A stretch of DNA of 64,000 nt from Acidobacteriota bacterium (GCA_963666215.2 CAXWPL010000005.1:1536001-1600000), one strand, 5' to 3'. Shown: positions 30,059 to 41,467, counted from the stretch's first letter. The notes: generated by a model not told the origin, from the sequence alone. Made by a program: numbers and translations.

Positions 30059-31153
30059 ATGAAGGCCGCAGTGCTCCGAGAAGTAGGAAAGCCCCTTGCC
30101 ATCGAAAACGTCGAGATTGACAAGCCGGGCCCCTTGGAGGTGCTCATCCGCACCGCCGCTGCCGGGGTCTGCCACAGCGACCTCCATTTCGTCGACGGGC
30201 TGTGGCCGACTCAGCTCCCGATCATTCTCGGCCACGAATCAGCCGGTATCGTCGAGCAGGTGGGTGAGCTCGTGCGCCACGTTCAGCCGGGCGATCACGT
30301 CATCACCTGCCTTTCCGTCTTCTGCGGTCACTGCGATCACTGTCTCAGCGGGTCCCCGGCCCGCTGCGGTGGACGGGAAACGGACCGTTCTTCTACGGAG
30401 CCCGCACGCCTGCGCCGCGGCGAGGAGAGCATCGGGCAGTTCGCCCATCTCTCGTCTTTCGCGGAGCAGATGCTGGTGCACGAGAACGCCGTAGTGAAGA
30501 TCCGTGAAGACATGCCGCTGGACAAAGCCGCCCTCATCGGCTGTGGCGTCATGACGGGTGTCGGCTCGGTCTTTCGTACCGCCGCCGTCGAGCCTGGCAG
30601 CACCGTGGCGGTGATCGGCTGCGGCGGCGTTGGCCTTTCGACGATCAACGGCGCCGACCTGGCAGGTGCCAGCAGAGTGATTGCGGTCGACGTGGTGCCG
30701 TCGAAGCTCGAGCTGGCTCGGGTCTTCGGAGCTACTGATGTGGTCAATGCAAAAGAGTGCGACGCGGTGCAGGCCGTAAAGGAGCTCACGAGCGGGGGCG
30801 TGCATTACTCCTTCGAGGCGATCGGTTTGAAGCAGACCGCGGAGCAGGCCTGGTCGATGCTTCGGCCCGGGGGAACTGCCACCATCATCGGCATGATCCC
30901 CTTCGGGATCAAGATCGAGATCACCGGGCATCAGCTGCTGGCGGAGCGCAAGCTACAGGGCTCGAGCATGGGCTCGAACCGCTTCCGCATCGACATGCCT
31001 CGCTTCGTCGACTTTTATCTCGCAGGGAAGCTCCGCCTCGACGATCTGCTTTCGGCTCACATCGAGCTGCCTCAAGTGAACGAGGCGCTGCAGAATCTGA
31101 AGACGGGGGAGGTGGCTTGTCAAGTCATTCTCTTCGACGGTGCTGAAGCTTGA
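30059..31153 (+). CDS. Zn-dependent alcohol dehydrogenase (class III-like MDR)
   Basis: GVCHSD, GHESAG, C..C..C...C, GCGVMTG, GCGGVG. Confidence 0.93.
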   Translation: MKAAVLREVGKPLAIENVEIDKPGPLEVLIRTAAAGVCHSDLHFVDGLWPTQLPIILGHESAGIVEQVGELVRHVQPGDHVITCLSVFCGHCDHCLSGSPARCGGRETDRSSTEPARLRRGEESIGQFAHLSSFAEQMLVHENAVVKIREDMPLDKAALIGCGVMTGVGSVFRTAAVEPGSTVAVIGCGGVGLSTINGADLAGASRVIAVDVVPSKLELARVFGATDVVNAKECDAVQAVKELTSGGVHYSFEAIGLKQTAEQAWSMLRPGGTATIIGMIPFGIKIEITGHQLLAERKLQGSSMGSNRFRIDMPRFVDFYLAGKLRLDDLLSAHIELPQVNEALQNLKTGEVACQVILFDGAEA

Positions 31154-31224
31154 AGGAGTGCCTACCCTCGACCCGGACAACCTCTCATCCCTCGATCGCA
31201 GGCAGGATGAACTTCTCGACGGGA

Positions 31225-31849
31225 AGCCAGGGATCGCCTTCATCCCGAGAGGTCGGAACAGACGCTCGTTGGCGAGCTCTCGCGCCGACATCCCGGTGGT
31301 GCGTGTGAGGATCGCGGAGAGCAGGTGGGGACAGACGCTGCTGTACTGGAACCGCCCAAGCTCGCCGCTTCGGCCCAGTAGATCCAGGCCGTACTGGACC
31401 CAGTCCCGCTGCCTGCGCAGGCGATTGAGCGGCTCGGCTCCCCAGGCTCCCGTCTTCCAGGCTACCGGCGCGGTCATCGTGAGAAGGTGCCGGAGGGTGA
31501 GGATGCGCTTCTGCGTCTCATCGGCTCCAGGGACGTACTCGGGAAAGAACTCGAGGACCTCCTGATCCACACTATCGATGCAGCCGTCCTCGATGGCGAT
31601 CCCGACCAGGGCGGAAAGGAAGCTCTTGGTCACCGAGGCGACGTTGTGGGTGTCGGTGAGACCCCATCCCGCGCCATATCGCTCGAAGACCACATACCCT
31701 CTCCTGACGACTACGATGCCGTTCATGTGGCGGTACCGGGAGCCGAGGGCCCTATCGAGCTCGTCAAGAGGGTGGGCGCACATGCCCACCGCTTCGGGCT
31801 CGGCCGTCCGCCAGCTCTCCGTCGGCCAGTAGTCGCGCGCATCGATCAT
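31225..31849 (-). pseudogene. Serine hydrolase (class C beta-lactamase fold), C-terminally truncated
   Basis: SVTK, TLRHLLTMT, FQYSS, LFRPLGM; family-like sequence ends shortly after. Confidence 0.78.
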
Positions 31850-31859
31850 GCGTGTTGTT

Positions 31860-34047
31860 TCAGAAATCGATCGGCAGATACCTGCCGGTGATCGAGTCCG
31901 GATCTCTCCGCAGGTTTGCTGGTGTCCCCTGTGCGATGATCCGACCTCCGTTCGCGCCTCCTTCCGGACCGAGCTCTATGATCCAGTCACATCTCGAAAG
32001 AACGACCGGATCATGCTCGACGACGATCGCGGAGCTCCCGCTGCGGACCAGCTCGTACAGCAGCTCGATGAGTCGGGCCGTGTCGAAGAGGCTCAGGCCG
32101 GTCGTGGGCTCGTCGAGCACATAGAGCACGTTGCCCTTCCGCCGCCTGCCGAGCTCCTTCGCGATCTTGATTCTCTGAGACTCGCCTCCGCTCAGACTCG
32201 GCGTGGGTTGCCCGAGCCCGATGTAGCCCATGCCGATCCGATCCAGCAGTCCCAGCCTGGATCGGATCCCCTTGTCGTCCGCGAAGAACGAGACGGCCTC
32301 CGAGACGCGCATCTCCAATACCTCGACGATCGTCTTTCCCCGATAGCGCGCCGACAGAGCTTCGTCGTTGTATCTCTTGCCCTCGCATTCCGGACAGGGG
32401 CTGTCGAGCCTGAGATTGCCACCCAGCAGGATCGTCTGACGGCCGCTGCCGCCGCACGCGGAACACGCCCCCTTCGAGTTGAAGGAGAAGTGGCCCGCAG
32501 ACAGCTGGCGCGCGACCGCTTCCGGAGACGCCCGCTATCCCGACGAGGACTCCGAGTGGAAACGACACGGTCAGATCCTGGAGATTGTGGGTCCGGGCAT
32601 GCCGGAGCGTCAGGCAGGGGATCAAATCGTTCAAGGCGTTCGCGGCTCCCGTCTCGGCACCGGCGAGAGCGGAATCGATGGACCGCGTCGGCATCTCGAC
32701 CCGCCCGGAGAGATACTGCCCGGTGATCGATTGGTCGCACCGGAGGAGGCCCTCGAAGTCACCCTGGTACACGACGCGTCCGCCTTCGATTCCCGCTCCC
32801 GGTCCCAGATCGACGATCTGATCCGCCATCTCGATTGTGTTGCGGTCGTGCTCGACCACGATCACCGTGTTCCCCAGCTCCTTCAACGCGTTGATCCCGC
32901 GCAGCAGCTCGGCCTTCTCCGATTCGTGCAGCCCCACCGTGGGCTCATCGAGGATGTAGATCAGAGAGTCCATTCGTGAGTCGAGATGAGAGCTCAGGAA
33001 CAGGCGCTGGATCTCACCTCCGCTCAACGAAGGCATCTCCCTGTAGAGAGACAGATGGCCCAGGCGGGAATCGACCAGTGCACTCGTCTTGCGCAGGATC
33101 TCTGCCAGTAGGCTGGTTCCGTAGGACGTCAGCGCATTCCGTTTCGGCAGCGCTTGCAGCCAATCCCTGGTCTCGGTCAGGGTCATCTTCCCGAGAGCGC
33201 CGATATGCCTCCCGCCCAGCAGGACTCTGCGGGCTTCCTCGCCGACCCGGAACCCATCACAGCCCGAGCACACACGCAGCGCATAGATGCCGCTCGGGTC
33301 TTCGCCGTACTTGAGGACCCGACCTTCGAAGATCCGCGTCAGGCAGTAGCTGCGTCTCCGGGAATTGCTGTCGACATGGTGGCCATGGACGGCATCTTCC
33401 TTGACCTCATCCGGGAGCTCGGAGAAGGGCGTATCGAGGAAGTCACCAAACGACCTCAGCAGCAGCCTCGCATAACCGGGTGTCATTCCGAGCGAGTCGA
33501 AGACCTCCTTCAGTGTGGTGCACCGGTCCGGAACGAGGCGGTCCAGGTCGATCTCGTAGTACGCCCCCCGGCCGGAGCACTTCATGCACATGCCGTCGGG
33601 TGCGTTGTACGAGAAGCAGCGCGCCTCCAGGCGTTCTTCCGTTGTGCCGCAGGCGCCGCAGCTCAGGTCGTCATCCACCGGCGTGCCGCAGGAGGAGCAG
33701 GTGACCCCTCCTTCCGCGGCGTCGAGGACACCAAGCAGGCTCAGGATCCGGGTCCGCGAGCCGACCGTCGAGCGCGGATTGCTCTGGCGGATGATGCTCT
33801 GTTGCACCGCGATCGTGGGTGCAAGGCCCGAGATCGTGTCGAACATGTCCTCGTCATCAAGTCCGGAGAGGATGCCCAGCGACCGCAGGTATTGCTTGCG
33901 TCCTTCCTCGAAGAGGATGTCGAATACGAGGCTGGACTTGCCCGAGCCGCTCACTCCGGTGACGACGATCAGCTGGTTCTTGGGGATCGAGACGTCGATG
34001 CCCCTGAGGTTGTGGGCCCGCGCGTTGGTGATCCGGATGTCGTGCAT
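31860..34047 (-). pseudogene. UvrA-like (class II/DrrC-type) ATPase with internal deletion and frameshift near 32510
   Basis: AHNL, GVSGSGKSS, LSGGE, LDEPTVGLH, EHD. The second Walker A (GVSGSG) jumps directly to FSFNSKGAC..C in another frame; second LSGGE/LDEPTTGL follows. Confidence 0.85.
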
Positions 34048-34300
34048 GGACTCGCCTCAGCGTGTGTCCCTGGCCCGAAGAATCCTCCCTTCTTGCCCGG
34101 GTGGCGTCAACTCGATCCTAGCCAAGAAGGCGGCGCTACACCATGGGTCGCCGAGCCTAGGGCGACATGCGGGGGCAGGAAAGCCGTAATCTGTGCGGCG
34201 CTGCGGCGGGTGCGCATGCCGGGCTTTGGGCCTTCGCCCTGTCGGAATATCATTCTCGAGAGAGAGAGGCTCTAGACCGACAACCCACATCGGAGATCTC

Positions 34301-34848
34301 ATGAATAGACCTGTCGACTACCACGCCGAGAACGGGATCGCCACGGTAACGCTCAATCGACCGGAAAAGCTAAATGCCATGAACGCCGATCTGATGCGCG
34401 GTGCGATTGCGGCACTGGAGGGCGCCGCCGCCGATGAGAGCATCCGCGTGGTGGTACTCACCGGCGCCGGACGAGGATTCTGCGCCGGTGGCGACCTGGG
34501 CGCCAAGAACACACTGGGCACCGGCGGCACGGATTCACGGATCGGCGTTCTCCAGGACCTGCAGCGCTCCTCCAAGCTACTCCGTGAAATGCCGAAGGTT
34601 ACGATCGCGGCGATCAACGGACCTTGCGCCGGCGGTGGTTTCTCGTGGGCGGCTGCGGCTGATCTGCGTTATGCGGCGGCGTCGGCAAAGTTCACCACGG
34701 CATATCTGAACGCTGGGTTGTCCGGCGACTTCGGAGGTACCTGGACCCTGCCTCGCATCGTCGGCTCGGCACGGGCCCGTGAGCTGTACCTGTTGTCAGA
34801 AAAGTTCAGCGCCGAGGAAGCCGAGCGATTCGGCTTCGTCTCAAAAGC
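34301..34848 (+). pseudogene. Enoyl-CoA hydratase/isomerase, C-terminally truncated
   Basis: TLNRPEKLNA, LTGAGRGFCAGGDL, IAAINGPCAGGG, AEEAERFGFVS, then homology is lost. Confidence 0.82.
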
Positions 34849-35151
34849 GAGTTTCAGGACGACGACCCGAAGCGCACGGCCGAGCGATGGGGCGCGATTG
34901 CCGGAATCGAGGTGGCGCAGCGGGCCGACGGCTTCTGCCTCGCGCTGGCCAATGGCGAGTTGCGCTTCGTGCCTGACGAGGACGGTCGTGGAGCGGGGAT
35001 GAGTGGCGTTGATCTCGAAGTCCAGGGCCGCGTCGGTGTTCTAGGGGCTGCGGAACGGGTGGGAGCTTGCCGAAGCGACAGATGTATCGAGCTTTGCGGC
35101 ACACGCTTCTACCTCAGCGAGGTGGCGCGCTCAACCGAGAATTCGCCTTAG
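34849..35151 (+). pseudogene. C-terminal fragment of a probable VOC/glyoxalase-like protein
   Basis: DDPKRTAERWGAI...LANGELRFV..DGRG.G.SGVDL...IELCGTRF, joined to the ECH remnant. Confidence 0.45.
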
Positions 35152-36219
35152 GGCCTCCCGGCCTAGCAGGGTGGCGCCTCTACCCGCGCCCGCGCGGCCG
35201 GCCGAGACGAACATCACGGCTAGATAGAGACCCCATGCCTTGCCACGCTGCCAGGTGTCGTCGTCGAGCCGGCCACATGTTTCACGGAAGCGCGGGTGTT
35301 CCGACCGTGGCAGCAGGAGCCACGCGACGGCGAGGTCCGGGGCCGGTTCGGCGGCATGGAAGTCACCCCAGTCGAGCACCGCGGAGAGCCGACCGTTCTC
35401 GACCAGGAGGTTGAAAGGGTGCAAATCTCCATGGCACCACACCGGCGGCCCGGTCCAGTCCTGAACGTCAGTGAGTGCATGCCAAACTCTGGCGATCCGG
35501 TCTCCATCGACCGAGTCGCGGAGCCCGGCAAGGGTGGAGAGAAAGGGCTCGCCGCGCAGGCGGGGCGGCACGCCTCGGTGCGCGCTCGACGGGGCACCCT
35601 CAGGCACTTCGAGCGCGTGGAGGGCGGCTAGGAACCGTCCGAGAACCGTCGCCGCGCCATGCGGATCGAGATCGGAGCCCGCTGCCGGGCGTCCCGGTAG
35701 CCAGCGCGAGATCGACCAAGGCCAGGGATAGCCCGCACCGGGGAGGCCCGCTCGAATCGGAACCGGGAGCGCCAGGGGCAGCTCGGGTGCAAAGCGCGGC
35801 AACCACTCGAGCTCGAGCGCGACGAGCGGCGCGGCCACTGAACGACGAGGGAGACGGGCGAGCCAGGACTCTCCGATACGAAAGAGGCTGTTGTCCCAGC
35901 CTTCGGCGTATTTGGAGATCGGCTGCGTCGCCAGATCAGGATGCTGCGCCTCGAGCAGCCGGCGAACGAGATCGGCATCGACCTCGACTTCGGCAGCGAC
36001 GCTGCTCGGCGGTGATAGGAGAAGGGGCTCCGGATCCTCTCCACGCTCAGACACGGCCAGCAGCCTACCAATCACTCGAGCCCGCGCTCGCCCAGCCCGC
36101 ATGGGGAGAGGGGAAAAGTTGGTTTCGCCCCTGTCGCCGTCTTGGAGCGGGCGCCCAGCGAGCAATGCCGAGTCGCTGGCTATACATAACGCGATCACGA
36201 CTGTTCCTCTTCTGTACAA
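35131..36219 (-). CDS. Aminoglycoside phosphotransferase (APH)-family kinase
   Basis: EGWDN, RLPR, E..WLP, HGDLHPFNLLV, LDWGD, DLA. True start is probably further in. Confidence 0.85.
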   Translation of the reverse strand: MYRRGTVVIALCIASDSALLAGRPLQDGDRGETNFSPLPMRAGRARARVIGRLLAVSERGEDPEPLLLSPPSSVAAEVEVDADLVRRLLEAQHPDLATQPISKYAEGWDNSLFRIGESWLARLPRRSVAAPLVALELEWLPRFAPELPLALPVPIRAGLPGAGYPWPWSISRWLPGRPAAGSDLDPHGAATVLGRFLAALHALEVPEGAPSSAHRGVPPRLRGEPFLSTLAGLRDSVDGDRIARVWHALTDVQDWTGPPVWCHGDLHPFNLLVENGRLSAVLDWGDFHAAEPAPDLAVAWLLLPRSEHPRFRETCGRLDDDTWQRGKAWGLYLAVMFVSAGRAGAGRGATLLGREALRRILG

Positions 36220-37736
36220 TGAGTGGCATGTGGAATGAAGAAAGACCCTTTGCAGAGGGTGTGGCGGCTCTTGCCTATTGCAACCCCTTCCTGCCGCGCC
36301 GAGTCGAGCTCGAAAGGGCCGCGCTGGGGAGTGATTTCGAGGCTCATGGCGAGACCTGGAATCCGATTGCCGGTTCCATTTCCAGCCCTAACGTCGCCAA
36401 GATCCAAGATCGACTCGGAGCACGGATACCGGTATGGAGAGATCGTCTGCTGACGGGCTCGACAACCAAAGCCGGCGACCTTGCGCTCTATCGAGATGTC
36501 GTCTACTACGCGCTCTACAACCACTACGCGGAGGAGCTACTCGAGCTCATCAAGGCGGAAGGCTCCACCGTCCGGATGCCGAATTGGGAGACGTTCTTGG
36601 AAGATCTCGAGACCTTCCTGCCTGCGGAGATCGAGGTGCAAGGACGCGTCCCGCCCGATCTCCTCCTCGCCTGGTTCTTCCAATTGCGCCGAGCATTTCA
36701 CCACATCTTCAGGTCGATCTACGGCTCCTCGTTACCCGTGGCCGAGCTGCGGGCGCAAGTTTGGCAGTCGGTCTTCACCCACGATATGCGGCGCTACCAG
36801 TCGGGTCTCTACGAGCGAATGCGGGAGACCACGACCCTCATCACCGGCCCTTCCGGCACCGGCAAGGAACTGGTGGCGCGGGGAATCGCGCTATCGCAGT
36901 ACATACCTTTCGATTCGCGCCGCAAGGTTTTCAAGGCCGATTTCAGAGACGCATTTCGCGCGCTGAATCTCTCGGCACTATCACCGACCCTGATCGAGTC
37001 CGAGCTCTTTGGGCATCGAAAGGGCGCCTTCACCGGAGCGCTCGACGACCGGCGGGGCTGGCTTGAAGGCTGCCCGGCGCATGGGACTGTCTTTCTCGAC
37101 GAGATCGGCGACGTGTCGGAGGAGATCCAGGTAAAGCTGCTTCGAGTTCTCCAGACCCGGGCATTCCAGCGCCTGGGAGACACCGAGGATCGATCCTTCG
37201 AGGGGAAATTGGTGGCCGCAACCAACCGCGAGCCCGAGGCGGAGATGGAGGCCGGCAGAATGAGGACCGACTTCTACTACCGGATCTGCGCCGACCAGGT
37301 CCGGACGCCGTCACTGCAGCAGCAGCTCGACCGGTCGGGCAAGGAGCTGACTCTTCTTCTGCAGGTGATCGTCAGCGATCTCGTTGGGCCCGAGAACGCA
37401 GAGTCACTGACCCACGAAGTCGCGGACTGGGTCGTGACCCACCTCGGCCACGACTACCCGTGGCCCGGGAACTTCCGGGAGCTGGAACAGTGTGCGCGCA
37501 ATGTGATGATCCGCGGCAGCTACCGGCCCGCTCATCCGGCCACCTTGACGCCGAGTCTGGCGAGCGAGATCTCGGAGCTGAGTCTCGATGCCGAGACCTT
37601 GCTTCGACGCTACGCTACTCTCGCTTACCACCGCACCGGTAGCTACGTGGGCGCTGCGGACAAGATCGGCCTCGATCGCAGAACAATCAAGGCCAAAGTC
37701 GACCCTGAGTACCTGGCCGCACTTCGTAGCGCCTAG
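36219..37736 (+). CDS. Sigma54-dependent enhancer-binding protein (AAA+, GAFTGA) without receiver domain
   Basis: GPSGTGKE, ESELFGHRKGAFTGA, FLDEIG, AATN, WPGNFREL, C-terminal HTH. Confidence 0.92.
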   Translation: MSGMWNEERPFAEGVAALAYCNPFLPRRVELERAALGSDFEAHGETWNPIAGSISSPNVAKIQDRLGARIPVWRDRLLTGSTTKAGDLALYRDVVYYALYNHYAEELLELIKAEGSTVRMPNWETFLEDLETFLPAEIEVQGRVPPDLLLAWFFQLRRAFHHIFRSIYGSSLPVAELRAQVWQSVFTHDMRRYQSGLYERMRETTTLITGPSGTGKELVARGIALSQYIPFDSRRKVFKADFRDAFRALNLSALSPTLIESELFGHRKGAFTGALDDRRGWLEGCPAHGTVFLDEIGDVSEEIQVKLLRVLQTRAFQRLGDTEDRSFEGKLVAATNREPEAEMEAGRMRTDFYYRICADQVRTPSLQQQLDRSGKELTLLLQVIVSDLVGPENAESLTHEVADWVVTHLGHDYPWPGNFRELEQCARNVMIRGSYRPAHPATLTPSLASEISELSLDAETLLRRYATLAYHRTGSYVGAADKIGLDRRTIKAKVDPEYLAALRSA

Positions 37737-37740
37737 AGAG

Positions 37741-38862
37741 TCAGATCAGGGCCCTGAAGATGGGCATTTCTGCCGACACCTCAATCCCGAGCCCTGGCCG
37801 AGAAGAAAGGTCGAGCGCATCGCAGTCGAGCACACCTCCGGCGCCGAACATGAGAGGCGGATCGCACACATCCTCGGCGAGAAGGAGAGTGCCGAAGGCG
37901 CCCTCTTGTGCTACCAATGAGGCGCCGGCAACGCCGGCGACCACGATACCGGCACGGGTCAGTAGGCTGGTCTCTCCCACCTGTGCCCCGACGATGATTG
38001 GAAGCCCTAACTCTCGGGCGCGTCGAAGCACTTCTAGAGAGCGTCGGATCCCGCCCATCTTCGAAACTCGGACATTGAGGATCCAAGTCTGGGGGTCGGA
38101 GGCCAATGCCTCTAGCTGTGAGGCTCGCGAAAAGCTCTCATCGAGAATGATTCTGCACTCCGTGCGCCGATGGATCTCTCGCAGGGCGTTGAGGTCACTC
38201 GCAGCGACCGGTTCCTCGATACCGAAGAAGGCTGCCTCCATTCCGGAGAGGTGGCGCAGCGCCTCCGTCGCGTTGCTCCAAAGGTTGTTGGCGTCGACAC
38301 GAACGCTGTCGTCCGCAATGCCCTGAGATCGCAGGATCGAGAGCTTGTTCGAGTCTCTCGCCAGGTTGCGGGAGAGTTTGATCTTGAATTCGCAAAAGCC
38401 CATCTCTCGGTAGCGCTCGACGGTCTCTTCGAAGCCGGCGGCGTCATCGTCCCCGACCACCGCCGTGTATCGAAAGACCCCGCGAGTAGGCGCCAGTGAA
38501 AGGCACTCCTCAATCGACTGGCCGCGTTGCTTGGCGAAGAGGTCAAGGTAAGCGAGCTCGACCGCGCACCAGGCGGCTGGATCGGCATCGATCAACGGCT
38601 CGTGCGCGCTCGCCCAATCGGCCAAGTCTCGGTAGCTGTGGAAGCTCGACTCCCACGACGCCTGATGCTCCGCGAAGAAGCTGGCGGCAGAGTCGAGGGT
38701 CTCCCCGGTGACGTACTCTCGCGGGCAGCCCTCGCCGACACCTCGCAGGCCTCCTTGCGAAGCTTCCACCCACACCGCTTGCGTTTCGGCTCGCTCCGCC
38801 GAGCCGTGCTTGAAGCGTTGCCGAAAGGGAATGACGACGCGGAAGAAGCGAAGCTGGCTCAT
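37741..38862 (-). CDS. Enolase-superfamily enzyme (mandelate racemase/MLE, dipeptide-epimerase-like)
   Basis: GEGCPREYVTGE, KIK, RVDAN, IEEP, LDES, SKMGG, GETS. Confidence 0.87.
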   Translation of the reverse strand: MSQLRFFRVVIPFRQRFKHGSAERAETQAVWVEASQGGLRGVGEGCPREYVTGETLDSAASFFAEHQASWESSFHSYRDLADWASAHEPLIDADPAAWCAVELAYLDLFAKQRGQSIEECLSLAPTRGVFRYTAVVGDDDAAGFEETVERYREMGFCEFKIKLSRNLARDSNKLSILRSQGIADDSVRVDANNLWSNATEALRHLSGMEAAFFGIEEPVAASDLNALREIHRRTECRIILDESFSRASQLEALASDPQTWILNVRVSKMGGIRRSLEVLRRARELGLPIIVGAQVGETSLLTRAGIVVAGVAGASLVAQEGAFGTLLLAEDVCDPPLMFGAGGVLDCDALDLSSRPGLGIEVSAEMPIFRALI

Positions 38863-38869
38863 CGCGGCT

Positions 38870-40540
38870 CTAGCCAGTCCTGCGAGGCCGCATCGTCGAG
38901 AAATCGAAGGAGCAGTCTTCGGCATACTGCAGCGGCAACAATTTGAATTGACCCTCTCGCTGACCCTGGGCAAGCATGTGCCGCTTGTAGGCCTCTCCAG
39001 CACCGGCCGCCACCGGAACGATGTCGAGGGGCCCTAGCCTCCCGCTCTTTCTCTTTGAACCGTACTCGATGTTGATCTCGCCTAGAGCGCTCTCCACGGC
39101 TTCCTCCCATCGCCCGACCTCCGAAACATCGAGGTCGAGCTCGAGAACGAGTCGGTATCGCGACTCCCTGGCTTGCGCCAGCATCAACATGAAGGCCGGC
39201 GAAGTACCGAGCTCTCGTTCCGCTCTCCGGACCGCGGCGATGACCTGGCTCTCGTAGAGCTTCTCACCGGTGATACTCGTGACGCCCTTTCCCTTCTGAA
39301 CGAACCGGATCGTGGGAGTGGCGTGGAAGCTCCCACTGACTTCGATCAGGTCGTTCATGAAGTAACGCCACAGCCCGGCGTCGGTAGTGACGATCACGTA
39401 GTACTGGACCCCCTCTTGCAGCTGATCGACGGTGAGGGTGCGAGTGTCTCCGCCATCCCAGCTGTCGCGCTCCGCAAACTCGAAGTAGTTGTCGAGTATC
39501 GTGGGCATTCCCAGACCGTGTTGGAGGTCGACCGTTATGGTGCCGCGAAACTCACTCGAGAGGTAGCCGAGCTCGGCGATCTCGGTAGATTCGGGGAGAG
39601 CCGACAACACCCCTCCCAATGCGATGCCACAGCTTCCACCGGTCCAGGTGGTGAGCAGGCGGAGCTCCGGCCATACGTCCTTGAAGGCCGGAGCGGGCAA
39701 GCGGAGAGCACTTTCCAATTCCGAGACTCTCTTGGGAGTCGTTCGGAGGCGGGCTCGAATGGCAGCCTTGATCGAGTCCGGCAGTCGCTCGAGGTAGCGG
39801 AAGTCCTGAGCGCAGATATCTTCGAGTAGCTCCTCTCGTCGCTCTCGCATCAGCTCGAGCAGGCGAACAAAGGTCGAGGGGTTAGCGCTGCCCATGAAAC
39901 TCACGTCGCGGTAGGGGAGGGCGAGACGGAGAATGGTGAGGTATTTGAGATCGTAGTCCTCGATCTCGAATACCTCGTAAGGCAGAACGTACTTAGCTCG
40001 CGCCAATCGAGGCATGTTTTTGTAGACGTGACCCGAGGCCGAACCGAAGGGCCTGCCCGAGGCGAGTGCGCCTTCGACAGCCGGGCTGACAATCGGCAGA
40101 AGTCGGCCGGAGTAGGCGCCAGGCACCTTCCTGTATTGAATGTAGGCCTGAGCTCCTTGGCTCCTTCGATGGGCGTCCAAGGTCGATTGGAGGTAGGGGA
40201 TCAACTTGGGCTTGCCGGTGGTTCCGCTGGTCTGCGCGTACAGGACCGGCGGGTCACGGTTCAGTGAGCGCTCACCGGTCTCCTCCTGCTCTTCGATGTA
40301 GGGCCTCAGCGACTCGTAGCTCTGGATGGGCACCCGGCTGGAGAATTCGTCGATCGTCCTGATCGACGCGAAGTCGTGCTCGCGGCCGAAGCGTGTTTCG
40401 GCGTTGCGAGCCAACTGTCGCATCAGCCAACGCTCTTGCTCCGCGCGTGGGTTCTTTGCCGCCGCAACCAAGGGCCTCCAATGGGTCCAGCGATAGAGCT
40501 GCATCCGACACCAGAGCATGAGATTCAGCGCGGCCCTCAT
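38870..40540 (-). CDS. GH3-family acyl-acid amido synthetase
   Basis: TSGTTGKPK.IP, GYLSSE, YYVIVTT.AGLWRYFMNDL, GEKL; ATGA overlap with the desaturase stop. Confidence 0.9.
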   Translation of the reverse strand: MRAALNLMLWCRMQLYRWTHWRPLVAAAKNPRAEQERWLMRQLARNAETRFGREHDFASIRTIDEFSSRVPIQSYESLRPYIEEQEETGERSLNRDPPVLYAQTSGTTGKPKLIPYLQSTLDAHRRSQGAQAYIQYRKVPGAYSGRLLPIVSPAVEGALASGRPFGSASGHVYKNMPRLARAKYVLPYEVFEIEDYDLKYLTILRLALPYRDVSFMGSANPSTFVRLLELMRERREELLEDICAQDFRYLERLPDSIKAAIRARLRTTPKRVSELESALRLPAPAFKDVWPELRLLTTWTGGSCGIALGGVLSALPESTEIAELGYLSSEFRGTITVDLQHGLGMPTILDNYFEFAERDSWDGGDTRTLTVDQLQEGVQYYVIVTTDAGLWRYFMNDLIEVSGSFHATPTIRFVQKGKGVTSITGEKLYESQVIAAVRRAERELGTSPAFMLMLAQARESRYRLVLELDLDVSEVGRWEEAVESALGEINIEYGSKRKSGRLGPLDIVPVAAGAGEAYKRHMLAQGQREGQFKLLPLQYAEDCSFDFSTMRPRRTG

Positions 40541-41454
40541 TTGTTTGGCTCGGTCCTTTTGTCGAGTCCGGCCGAAAAGGGTGTCTTCATCTGGGAGCCG
40601 AAATCGAGTGGATAGCCGCGATTGACCAGGCCTAGATCGCCGACTCGCCGATCCTTGGGGAGAAACCAGCTGCCGAATAGGAGGTCCCACAGAATCAGGT
40701 TGTTGCCGTAGTTTCGATTGGACTCCTCGATGACCATGGAGTGGTGCCAGCGGTGCAATTCGGCGCCGCTGATCACGTAGTTGAGAAGGCCGTACCTCGC
40801 GTCCACGTTCGAGTGCTGGAAGAATCCGTTGACGGCGTAAAAGACGAAGTAGAGCGCTAGCACCTCTTCGCTCACTCCGACCAGGATGAACGGCAGCATG
40901 TCGAGCATGTACTGCAGAGCTTTCTCTATCGGGTGGAAGCGACCGACGTTGAGCCAGTAGAGCTTGTGGGGAGAGTGATGCACTGCGTGCAGACGCCACA
41001 GAAGCGGTACCTTGTGAGCCGCGACGTGAAGCCAGTAACGAAGGAACTCGGCAACGAGCAGCATGATCCCAACCTGGGCGATCAGCGGAAGGTGGTGAGG
41101 CCAGATCGCCAGAGCTCGATTGGATGCGCTCAGGATGCGCACCAGGCTCACTCCGGCCAGGAGAGTCAGCATCTGCGGCAGAACCATCTGCACCAGCATC
41201 ATGAAGATGAGATCGTTCTTGACGTCGCCGGTATCCGGCTGCCACTCGCGGTCGTAGGGGATGACCATCTCCAGCAAAGTGACTGCGGCGGCGCCCAGGA
41301 CCACGGCCGCGTACGAGCTCAGCAGGATCGAGGCGTCCATGAAGTCGAGTTGGGCATAGAGCGCGAACGCCCCCAACATCGTGCCCGGGTATGCGATCCA
41401 GGGCAGGAGCTGACGTCTGAGTCTGTTCACAAAGGCTGTTTTGCGGTGAGGCAT
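40537..41454 (-). CDS. Sterol desaturase/fatty acid hydroxylase family
   Basis: His boxes YWLHVAAH, LHAVHHS, RFHP, QHSN, HRWHH, NYG...WD.LFG. Start 41454 or GTG 41430. Confidence 0.92.
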   Translation of the reverse strand: MPHRKTAFVNRLRRQLLPWIAYPGTMLGAFALYAQLDFMDASILLSSYAAVVLGAAAVTLLEMVIPYDREWQPDTGDVKNDLIFMMLVQMVLPQMLTLLAGVSLVRILSASNRALAIWPHHLPLIAQVGIMLLVAEFLRYWLHVAAHKVPLLWRLHAVHHSPHKLYWLNVGRFHPIEKALQYMLDMLPFILVGVSEEVLALYFVFYAVNGFFQHSNVDARYGLLNYVISGAELHRWHHSMVIEESNRNYGNNLILWDLLFGSWFLPKDRRVGDLGLVNRGYPLDFGSQMKTPFSAGLDKRTEPNK

Positions 41455-41467
41455 CCTACCCGTCTGT

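Noticed and set aside
35475-36218. N-terminal 248 aa of the 753-aa activator ORF; likewise extensions of 13358-14839, 38870-41245 and 10604-11119
   Set aside because: Overlap neighbouring real genes; better internal starts exist.
35131-36219. Antibiotic-resistance island (APH, beta-lactamase-fold and UvrA/DrrC-like genes)
   Set aside because: These are broad families without specific resistance signatures, and two of the three are truncated.
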